Origin: Bigelowiella natans CCMP2755
Lineage: Eukaryota; Protista; Cercozoa
Assembly: GCA_000320545.1 (NCBI GenBank)
Contig: ADNK01003417.1
Span: 1 to 51,163 of the forward strand
DNA: 51,163 nt
Reading direction: 5' to 3'
A program made the position numbers and the translations under genes. The notes beneath the pieces are model-generated. The model did no database searches. It worked only from the letters and a program-made list of their open reading frames with translations, and was not told the origin of the DNA. Below are positions 24,728-35,423 of the stretch, in pieces; the stretch's first letter is position 1, and the number at the start of each line of letters is the position of its first letter.

Positions 24728-25020
24728 CCTAGAGCCCTGTGTGCACACAACGCATGCATGGACTCCATGTGTAACATGTGCACATTTAGGCTCTTGGCGT
24801 ACGGTCCTAAAACACAGATGTTCTCTAGGACATGTGTGCTCAAGTTCATGTGTGCTAAACAACATCTGTGATTTAGGAGCATGCACACTTTAGTCAACAT
24901 GTTTGCTTTGGTACACGTGTGGAAAACTCACATGTTGAATTGGCGGGTACGCCTAGAGCCCCACATGCATGCAATGCACATGGACTCTGTGCATGATGTG
25001 TGCACATTTGGGCTCTTGGC
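24728..25020 (+). mobile_element. Two degenerate copies (24728-24802, 24947-25020) of a ~75-bp mini TIR element
   Basis: Both read CCTAGAGCCC..ATGGACTC..CACATTT(A/G)GGCTCTTGGC; the ends GTACGCCTAGAGCC and GGCTCTTGGCGTAC are near-perfect inverted repeats. Confidence 0.7.
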
Positions 25021-25379
25021 AATTTTGTGAATCATTTTTTGTTGTGACATGTGTTCATGTCAATTGCATCTCCATGTGATGGCCATGCAAGTGATGTGCA
25101 TGTGACATGCATGTGCATCACTTTGCTGTGTCCATTGTGATGGACGTGCTGTGCAATGTGACATACATGTGACTGCACATGCACCACGTTGCTGTGTCTG
25201 TCATCCATTTGTCATTTTCATGCAATGATCACAGCCGAGACACAAATCTGGAAATGCCAGTCTGATGAATCAGAAAATGCCTTGCAAATCGTCAATTGAT
25301 TTTTTTTGACTTCTGAATGCAAAGGCTTGCGCCGGGAAGACAGGTGCTTTTGCACTTGATTGTCAAACGCAGATCACGA

Positions 25380-25918
25380 AGCTTGTTGCCGTGAGATGAT
25401 TTGAAGCTTTTCGCGAACGAATGCAAGCAATGCACTCTCGGATCACACTGCGCACGCCATCGACTGCGCAACAGCTGTTGCATGGTTTTGCGCTCTTGCT
25501 TGTGTTGCGCGGATCCTGACACGTTGTCATGCGCGGCTCAAGCCTCTGCTGGGTCAACGAGGCACATCCCGCTGCCACCGGTGACATCCCCATCGTTCGT
25601 ACGGAGCCGGGTCAGGCGGGGAGCGCGCGCATTGCTAGATTGGTGGGGATGGTGCCTGCAGGTGCAGGCAGAACCTTAAATGCATTGCTCCGCGGACAAA
25701 ACCGCGCAACAAACAAGTGCCTGCCGCCGACCGCGAGAACAATGTGCACGGAGTGCGGCGGCACGCGTGCAATCGCAGAGAACGTGTTCTCCAGGGTTGA
25801 ATCCTGGGCGGTGATGACCTCGTTGAGGCATCGCCGTGACTTTCAAGACATTTCTGCTGGCCTGATTTTCCAATTCACTCAGGTGGATGCAGAACGTCGT
25901 GAAGCTCATGCACGCTGA
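25380..25918 (+). pseudogene. Decayed PIF/Harbinger/ISL2EU-type (IS5-like, DDE_Tnp_4) transposase catalytic domain with frameshifts
   Basis: Across frames: WVNEAHPAATGDIPIVR (cf. W.NGP.P....D..I.R), IGGDGACRCRQNLKCIAPRTKPRNKQVPAADRENN (cf. GD.AY......P..KP....L......N), RAIAENVFSRVESWAVMTSLRH (cf. R...E..F.R.K.W..L...RH). Motif order is correct. Confidence 0.75.
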
Positions 25919-26164
25919 TTGTGTTCGGCATGCTTTTGCAGGTCAAAAACGTTTTCAGATCTGTGAGGGCTGGTGTTCGCAACCAGCCCGGGATCAAGCG
26001 CAGCTTGGACGTGGCCCGCTGGCCCGGGCCACTTGCTCCGTGCCACGTGCAATTCCCGCTGCAAAGTCCAGGCTAGCAGGGCTGGTCGCAGGACATTGGT
26101 CTTGCAAAAGCAGCCGAAACGCAACAAAACCGTCACTTCCGCCCCCCTTGAGCTCCAGGTCACC

Positions 26165-26545
26165 CAACAATTGACGTGTTGACACGTGCGTGCGCGCATC
26201 ATCGGAACAACGCGTGAGCGTGCAGGCTGCAGCACACGTGCGCATGTGCGCCAAGACTGCACGTCCACACAGCAGGATGTGCACACATGTGAGTGGTTTC
26301 ATTGCCTTTGAACCACTCGTAGTTCGCGAACTACGAGTGGTTCAAAGGCAAAAACCACTCACAACACAGTGCATCGTGCGCAATGGTGGAAAGTGTGCGC
26401 AGCTGTGCACGCGCGAGCTGATGCGCGTGCGTGCGCAACTGACTTTGCGTGTGTGCTCGCGCACGAGCAATCGTTTGTCTGCATCGCACGCACGCTAGCA
26501 CGCGACGCCGCGCTTTTTGCGGCAAGCTGCAATTTGAGCAATGCT
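26165..26545 (+). repeat. Dispersed repeat, inverted partner of 19625-19897, interrupted by a hairpin insertion
   Basis: Direct reverse-complement comparison by eye; the ~75-bp hairpin at 26288-26363 is absent from the 19.7-kb copy. Confidence 0.88.
26288..26363. mobile_element. ~75-bp foldback mini-element with a 48-bp perfect palindromic core
   Basis: TGTGAGTGGTTT..TGCCTTTGAACCACTCGTAGTTCG|CGAACTACGAGTGGTTCAAAGGCA..AAACCACTCACA. Confidence 0.8.
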
Positions 26546-26552
26546 GTGTGGC

Positions 26553-27010
26553 CACGGCCACCACAGCCAGGCCCTGGCGTGATCTGTGACCCCGGATTTT
26601 CGTTGCAAAATCCACTTTGCGCGCGCTTGCATTTCGATTTTTTCACACGCACGTTGTGTCTGAGTGCGATGTCGGTTGCACGTGGGACCTTCACGTTGCA
26701 CGTTCCACAGTCATTGAGCACTGAACGAATTGTTGCGCTTCAAATTTTTGTGACACCTCTCGGTTTTTTTTCCACACTTGTTCAACATTGGTGACAATTT
26801 CGTCCTTTCAATGTGCATCAAAACCTCAAAAAAGCATGTTTTGACCACACTTTGTCGAAAGTGTGGATTTTTGCAGCCCGCAACCCACTTGTCATGTGTT
26901 TGTGGTCATCACATGTGCGCGCGCTGTGCTGCGCTTGCTGGTCGCCTGCTCGCTCGCATTTGTGATTTCGGACATCCTGATCACGCCAGGGCCTGGCTAT
27001 GGTGGCCGTG
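26553..27010. mobile_element. Non-autonomous TIR element (~458 bp), possibly Tc1/mariner-like with a mutated TA target-site duplication
   Basis: 32-bp inverted repeat CACGGCCACCACAGCCAGGCCCTGGCGTGATC (26553-26584) / GATCACGCCAGGGCCTGGCTATGGTGGCCGTG (26979-27010), one mismatch. Confidence 0.88.
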
Positions 27011-27682
27011 AGCTGCATTTTTTTCAGATGCATGCTCAACCGGTTTGTGGCTAGATCCAGAGATGGCGATGAGAGCGAGCACGCTAGCTAGCTACTAGTT
27101 AGCACGATGTCCACATCGCAGGCTAGCTAGCTAGCAGGCATGAGTGCGTTGTGCTTGCCATTGTCATTGGACTGCATTGCATGAAAGCATGAATGCAGCG
27201 CGTTCGCATCATCATCATGCTGCTGCAAATCTTGCTAGCTTGTGAAAAATCAATTAATGCGAAGATTTAATAACGGCCACACAACGTGTACAAGTACGCG
27301 TGATGGCTCCACAAACGCTCACGTGGACTTCTTCCGACCGCTTGCTGATGGCCGTAGCCTCTCTAGCTCTGCTGATGTCCTACTTCCACCAACGCTTTTG
27401 CTTCAGATGCGAACGCAGCATCTCTAGATCTCTGCAGTGATCATGCTGCAATCCACATCGGCGTTGTGGTTTCTAGTGGTGGTGTGCAAAAATGACAAAA
27501 TGCCCGGAATCTTTCCCTTCCTCCGCGCTTGACGAGGCAAGCGAGAGTGAGAGAATGATCATTGTGCCATTTGAAGTAATGTAAAAGAGTGTAGGCATCT
27601 TCTCTTGCTCTAGCTTGGTCATCAGAGACCAACGCGGGACTCAATTTTTGTTCCTCCTCCATTTTATTTGGGCGCAGACGAA

Positions 27683-27843
27683 TTACTCTCCCGGGGCAGC
27701 CGAAAGATTCGCATCCCCCTCGCCTGCGCTCGCTTCTTCATCATCATCAGTCGCCAGCCGCGTGTATCCTTCGAAAAGAAAAAGAAACGCAAGGTGAGCT
27801 TCTGAGATGATAATGATCGTGAAAATTTTGCAGCCGCATAGAA

Positions 27844-27875
<32 letters not shown>

Positions 27876-28287
27876 GCAGATATAAAAGCGACCTGCTTCT
27901 AGAATGTTCACCCGCTCCTCCTGCAGAGAGAGCCTCTGGTCGAATCCCTGCAACATCCATCGTTATCATCATCATCAATTCTGTTTATGAGAGCATTCCA
28001 ACGCAGCGCGAGGGAGATGATAAGTGCATGATGATGCTACTTAGCGACTGATGATAAGTGCATGATGATGCTACTTAGCGACTCCTTTTCCCCCTCCTCC
28101 ACAGCCAACCTTAAGCGTCTGACGTATGATCTCGAGCTGGCAAACGATGTTCTCGAGTGTGTTGGATAGTTGCTCGGGGATCTGAGCGACGGAGTCGGAG
28201 GGCGGGACAGCTAGAAAGCTCTCCCCCTGCCGCCGTGAAAGTAGTACGCACACACACGCACGCACACGCACACGTGTTAGCTACATT

Positions 28288-28337
<50 letters not shown>

Positions 28338-28714
28338 TTGTTTCATGAGCACCGATATACATGCATGTACTACCACGTTCTCTTGCGCAGGTGAAGGGAC
28401 CCCTCCTTTTCTCTGCGTGTTTGTGTGATAATGAACGAAATAAGCAACACTCAAAAGAGGAATGGTTGACAGCGTAATCGTTCTTCATTGCGCTGCCGCT
28501 ACTATTATTATAACAACAACAACAACAACAACTACTACTACTACTACTGTTACTACAACTACTGCCATCCTGTTGTTTATGTTTGTGTCTATTCTCTTTG
28601 TCTGCGCTTTGATGATAATGATGATAATGATGATAATGATGATGATGATGATGATGATTGCTGTGAATGCAACAAACCTCCTTTGTCTCGTTTATCGCCT
28701 GATAAATGAACAAT

Positions 28715-28758
<44 letters not shown>

Positions 28759-28788
28759 TATCAGACATATTGTGTATATATGTATATG

Positions 28789-28830
<42 letters not shown>

Positions 28831-29435
28831 TAAAAGCATCATGAATGACCCCCCTCCCCGCGGGCGAGTACTAGGACCGTACCGGTGGAGCTGCGTGTGT
28901 GTTTCTCTGTCCATCTACTTTCTTCGGCCTTAGTGTTTGTATGACATTCGAGAAGAGGATAAAGGCCAAAGAGTGCAACCACGACGCGCACACACTCACA
29001 CAAACAGCATCAATAACAAAGACAACACCTGCACGGAGCAAAATATCTGGGGTTGATATCTGATGTAGGGATGCGGTGAAACTTTTCTCTGCTGCTGCTG
29101 CTTTTTTTCAATGCAAGCGTCCCCCCCCCCCCCCCCCCCTTCCTAAATTTTGGGGGGACCTTTTGGGGTCTGGGATTGGAACTTTCGGGGGGTGCGGCTG
29201 CTGTTTTTGGCCCCTCTGCTGCTGCTGCTGCTGAGGCGCGCGCTTTCGAGCATGCTTCTGCTCACGTTTCTTCCTGTCCCCTGGATGGAGGAATAACAAC
29301 AGAATTCGGTCAACCCGAGTGGATGATGTGTGAGATGGTCAGAGCGCGAAGTAGCGGCGCATCGATGAATGGCTTTCCCTTGTCTTTCTCTCTCCTAGCG
29401 GTGTAGTTTGTGCCGCGCGCGCGTGTTTAGAGACA

Positions 29436-29485
<50 letters not shown>

Positions 29486-29489
29486 GAGG

Positions 29490-29549
<60 letters not shown>

Positions 29550-29598
29550 GTGGGAGGTTTAAGCTTGCAAGTTTCCACATTTGTAATACATCCCCAGA

Positions 29599-29634
<36 letters not shown>

Positions 29635-29651
29635 CTCAACGAATAACTTAA

Positions 29652-29687
<36 letters not shown>

Positions 29688-29880
29688 CAACCACCCCTGG
29701 GCTGAGAAGACTTCGTTCCTTTCCTCTTAGACGAGGACGCTTTGGTGTTGCTGGTGCCGGTGGTCACACCTGCGCATGCATGAGCGACAGAGAAGAGAGA
29801 GAGGGTGTCATTGGCTAATGAGCTTCGTTTCTTGAGGCGTCGCGAGAGGGAAAAGAAAGAAAGAAAGAAAGAGAGAAAGG

Positions 29881-29919
<39 letters not shown>

Positions 29920-30540
29920 GAAGAAAACGCAAGCTAAAAGTACAAGGACGAAGAGTGGTTGGGGGAAAGAGAAGGGGGGGAAGAAGAGAATACAGCGCAC
30001 CCAGTATCTTGTCGAAGTTCGTCTTCCAAGCCATCACCTGACCATTCACGGGATAGCGATGATACGTGGGGGCAATAATAAGTGGAAGTGTCATTCTGTG
30101 ACATTTTTGACACATACAGTAGGCAGAATAGAAGACTAACCAGCTCATCGCTGCCGCATGATGCGAAGTACTTGCCGTCGTCAGAGAAACAGACACCTGA
30201 TGCAAGGAGGCGGGGGTGTATATTTTTTGTGCGTTACGGAATGTTTTCAATGATCATAAAAAGTCATTCGGGGAAGATGTGGCGTGCAGCAGACCGTTCG
30301 TTGATTTCTTGTGCCCGTGTATCGTGTACACTTGGTGGCCTTCGCGGATATCCCAAACCTTGCGGTGGCATTGAGTTTTCAGAGGAAGGTAGAGAGGAGG
30401 GGGGGGGGGGGGGGGGAGACGGGAGCGACAATCGTGCGAGCGTACGCATAGGCAAACATGTTATACACTACGATGGAAAATGATGAAGAGGAGTGAAGGG
30501 GAGGGGCTGCGAGAGAGTAGAAGGGGTTATAGTTGGCGAG

Positions 30541-30586
<46 letters not shown>

Positions 30587-32297
30587 GACGAAAGGAAATA
30601 GAGGAGAAAGGGAAAGATGCCAGTAGCGTAACATACGAGCTGCTCGTGAAACAACCTTAATTGTCCCATCGGAAGAAACAGACAGCAAAAAGTCCCCGGA
30701 AGGATGGAAGCTGAGCAGCACAAGAACACACCAACCATCAGCCTCGGCATCCACACCCCCGCCGCCCCCGTGAAAAATACACGGGCTAATCGTACGATCA
30801 TGACTAGGGGCTACGCGCCGTTATGAGTGGAGACCTCATATCGTTGACGACAGACGAGTGCGCCGTGTAGTTTTGAAGTAGCTTGTAGTTGCGAATGTCC
30901 CACAGCTTGATGCTACGGTCCTCACCTTACCAATAGATAGAGCCGCCACGTCATTATGAATCATCAATCATCAGCAAATAGCTGAATGGATGGCGAATGC
31001 AGTCGTGCATTGCTGCATGCCTCCCTTTTCCGCAACCCCCCCCCACCATCTCTTTCTAAGCACGCGATGGGCACGTGCATATTTCGCCTCAGGAGAATCG
31101 GTCTTTACCTGTCGTTGCGACAACACTTCCAGAGGGATGGAACTTGACGCGAGTCACTGGCCTGAGAAGGATCGATAGTGTTACGGGAATCACGAGCAAT
31201 TGCTGCACGTACACCACCTAGCTTCAAAACGCTGACTGATAACCACATCGCTTACTTTGTATGGTCGTAGAATGTATGGATGCATTTTCGCGTGTTGGCG
31301 TCCCAGATCTTGACGGTCTTGTCGTCACTTCCCGTAGCGATCATTCGCATGTCGGGGGAAAACTGCGAGGAGCGGACCCAGTGAATGTGGCCTATATAGT
31401 CGTTCATTGCCGGCGTAAGATCGCATTCACGACTGCATCTCACTTCTCCACACCGCCGTCTTTCTCTCCCCCCCCCCCCCCCCCTCTCCCTCTCTTCATC
31501 AAAGTGCGACAACCGCTTACCGCTTAAAGAGTATGTGAACCTCTGGGTCTTCAGACTCCATACCTGCACGTTAAGTAGAAGAGTGAGCGAACCAAAAAAA
31601 CCGGTTGGAACGAGAGATTGTGTGGTCCCCTCACCTTGCAAGATTTGTCATCGGAGGCGGTGATAATAGCACTGCCGTCGCTGGAAAAGGACACGCTTCT
31701 GACCGGGTGCTGGTGTAGCCTTAGTACATGGCACTTTCCTCGCCTGGAGAATTGGAATATTGCACACCCACGCACAAACACACGATACACACAAATATGA
31801 TATTGATAAGTAACTAGAAACACACATATGCTCTATATATTCTATATAAAATGTGTATATATGTCCTGTCTTCAATTCAATCATGTGCGCGGCATTTATG
31901 GATTCGGAATTTGGAGTTGACGTACACGTTGGGCTCCCACAAACGAACTGTCGAGTCGACTGATGCAGAGGCTACGAGATCGCCGCGAGGAGAGAAGGCA
32001 ACATTTGTGACCGAGCCCTGTTAGCATGGCAATAAAAGAAGGGTGTTTTCAGAGAATTATAATTTTTTATATTCATACAAGCTCTGATCTGGAACAGTTT
32101 TCTTCTTCTACCTTGTGTCCAACGTAACGAAATGCCCTTAATTGGGGTTTAAAGTTCCACACCATGACCATTCGGTCCTCCCCGCCAGAAGCAAGCTGCT
32201 TCATGTTGGGATTAAAGCTAACAGTATTGACCGGCCCTTTGTGCCCTCGAAACGACCGCTCCAGGGCGGGATCTAACTCCTTGGGGTCAAAAGACAT
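27683..32297 (-). CDS. POC1: POC1 centriolar WD40 protein, multi-exon
   Basis: [54 protein letters not shown]; [25 protein letters not shown]; [14 protein letters not shown]; C-terminal Poc1 coiled coil [28 protein letters not shown]. Confidence 0.95.
28016..28083 (+). repeat. Perfect 34-bp tandem duplication in a POC1 intron
   Basis: GATGATAAGTGCATGATGATGCTACTTAGCGACT x2. Confidence 0.95.
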
Positions 32298-32901
32298 GTT
32301 TTTCCTCCGTGGCCTGGTTGTTGTGTCTTCCGGTTCGCAAACTGGTTGAGAGGGCTGAGCAACATTCACATCTCAGAAACACAGTATTATTTTCCCTCCC
32401 ACCTCACGCACGCACATGTCACGTATTCGATCTAACGCTGGCAACACAGTGGCGAGTCAACGGACGTTGGGGGAGGCTTGCCTCGTGGGAAAACGGCGGG
32501 AAAGTGTATGGGAACACTTGGTTGTAGAGAAATGCAGGACGTTCATGGACAAAGACAAAACATAATCTTCCACAATATCGAAAACGCCAAAGGTTCACTT
32601 GCTTTTGCAACAGACACATCGCTCGGAAAAATGTTGAAGACCAGTAAACCCTGGCTTACAATCCTGCGACAACAAATTGCCGACCGCTTTCCCCTTCCTC
32701 ACGAGGCCCGAGCGCCGGTTTTGATGATGATAAATTCTAGGTAATTGCCCCTATGTTTCAATACGAGCGACATGGAAATATATACTTTCCGATTGGTTGC
32801 CTCAAATGCCCATCGTGCATCAATGATTTTTTAGGTTTTTTGGTTGTAAGGCAGTCGTTGAGAGGGAGAAAGTTAAGGTACGTGGTAGTCCGTCCCTCAA
32901 A

Positions 32902-34795
32902 ATGGCACCGTACATCGTTCTATTGTGCTTCGTTGTGTGGCCCATCGCTGCCGATTGGAAGAGCCAGCAACAGCTCTTGCGCCCAAACCAAGACATTGCC
33001 AATAGCAGTCAAGCCTATCAGCTGTTCGAATTGACGAGAGAAAGACTCTCTGAATCCGATCACATTCGGGTGAATAACATTGATTGTACTTATGCTCGAT
33101 TATACTATCTATGAACTTCTCGTTGTGCAGGTCGTGACGGTTGAGACCCGTGATATTCGGGGAACGCTGCTAGGAAAATCAATGGGCTTTGGCCGTGTGA
33201 AACAGATTGGCCATGGCGAACCTAACAATGGATACGGATCGAAGGGAAGGATCAAGGTGAAAAGCATCATGCTATATGTCTATTTCCTAAATCGAAACAA
33301 CTTGTGCATGCCCCTCTATACAGGTTGTCCTCCTCAAGAAATACCTTGATGAACTTGTGGAGAAGGAGCCGAATGCAATCTTAGCGTTCGTTGACTCAGA
33401 TGTCATTTACCCGCGATCATGCTCTAACGACCACGTGAGTTTGCTGTTTCCATAGGTCATTGCGTTTCAATGTAGGCTCGTGTGTGTTTTTGATCCAGCT
33501 CTTGCGCCAGTACAATCGGATTGTTCGCCTTGCGGGGGGGCCAAGGATAGTATTTTGTGCTGAATTATTCCGGTTGTATAGTCTCCGAAAATATTCCAAT
33601 GCACAAAGACACAAAATATCACATATACTGGAGAGGGAAGGAAGCACTTTATTCCACGACACTAAGTCGAGGCGATTGAAAATGAAATCATCTTTGAGTT
33701 CCCACCAAAATAAAAAACGTCATTCACAATTCCTGCGACAGAGTTACAGTATTCAGGTTCCATGTGTTGTATTCATAAGGTTTGAGCATGATGCTAAGCA
33801 TGATGTTCCCGAATTTCCATCTTGGGCAGTCCGGGAGAAACCACAGGTAATTTGGATACGTCCCAACGGCATAACGTACCTGCACAGATGAACAGAATCC
33901 AAGCAAAAAGTTGAAATTTTTACTAAATTGCAGCTTACTGGCGGTTCAATCACCCATTTACGCATCAAAGCGGAAGGGGGAGACAAAAAAGTGTGCTATG
34001 CACATTGCTTTTACGATGGAGGAGGTCCAAAATTCCTTAATTCGGGAGGATTTATGGGTCCTGTGAAGTATTTGCACGAAATGGTAACATGCACAGTGCT
34101 CTCATATCTCCCCGCACTTTACATTTTCCCAATGCTTTCTTTTTTCACTAATGACAAGCCGCACGACTTAAAAATTGTCCTGGTGGATTGAGCAGGTGAA
34201 CGAGGTGGACGCCAAGATGAGCCAGTTCCTATTTCATAACGTGAAAGGACTCGAGGTGTGTGCTCCCCAGATGGACCATGTGAAGTCCGCACAGTCACCC
34301 AATGATATTACAGGCTTATCGAAAGGCCCATGGCCGACGTCCGGGGGACCAACACTTTTATTGGGATTACTTTCTAGCACACAGAGACTTGGTTCCGCAG
34401 ATAATTACTATTGTATTTTGTTGTCTGCTATGTTGGACAGGCTTGATTGTACACAAGAACATGCTCTAATTCAGGTAACGCTTGACTACCTGGGAGCTGT
34501 ATTTCAAGCAATGGCGGGAGTCATCGTGGAGAGGTATGGATTCGATTTAAGTATGGTATCAACAAAACTTTAAGTACTGATGCAAATATGAACAGAGCAA
34601 ATTTAGACCATATTCGTATAATTAAGCTGATTCTCACTATTTTTATTTAGCGGTGCAATAGGCGTAAACGAGACTGGAGCTCTGTACAATCAATACTTTG
34701 ATGAGAAAATATGTCTTGCGCACTTCAACGCTGGCGCTCACTTCTCGGCGGCAGACTCTGTGCTCAAAATGCTGGGCGGTGTCTCGTCCGTCTAG
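32902..34795 (+). CDS. PLOD1-3/procollagen-type glycosyltransferase domain protein, secreted/Golgi, multi-exon
   Basis: Signal peptide MAPYIVLLCFVVWPIAA; GYGSK..K.VLLKKYL, ILAFVDSD, IVFCAE, KFLNSGGFMGPV, VTLDYLGAVFQAM, LAHFNAG follow the PLOD GT-domain motif order. Confidence 0.75.
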
Positions 34796-35423
34796 GGCTA
34801 GCTACACTAGTACGAAACAGATAACAGGCTATGAGATGTAAAGTTATCCAGATCTTCGAAAGCGAAAAATGAAATGCTACGCATGGTCTGTAGGTCTAGA
34901 CTGTGTACGCTGTCGCACGCTTTTGAAAGGACTGTCACATGCTAAAGTGCAATTTTGTTCACGATGGACTAGATGTAGAGGCGCACTTGATATCATCTTG
35001 CTCAGCTCACCCATCTGCTAGCACGCGTGGTCGTCACAGCGCGCATGTCTAGATGCTCTAGTATTGTTTGCGCGCAAACAATTTGAATTTCGCTTCACAA
35101 TGCGACTTTACAGTTTATTGTCATTGTTGCGCGACTGCAAAGGCTGAAGACATTGAGGTAAGACACATGCATGAAGTAGTTATTTTACCTAGCTAAAGCA
35201 ATTGAACACCAAGTATAGCTGCTACCCGCCACAACTAGACAATTCAGCTTTTTGAGCAGCTACATGCAGGTGCGCTGTTCGAACATATTGTGAGAATTGA
35301 TGAAAGTTACAAATAGCATAGACTTTTTACACTCGTCAATAAGAAAATATACTGCTTAATCCTTCACATATACGTTTACATCATTGTGGGTTTGTCCCAT
35401 CTATAATATCGTCGTGCTCATTA

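Noticed and set aside
24961-27050. Explaining the TG/CA excess by CpG methylation decay or classical fungal RIP
   Set aside because: CpG remains plentiful and TpA is nearly absent. RIP would raise TpA and CpG decay would deplete CpG.
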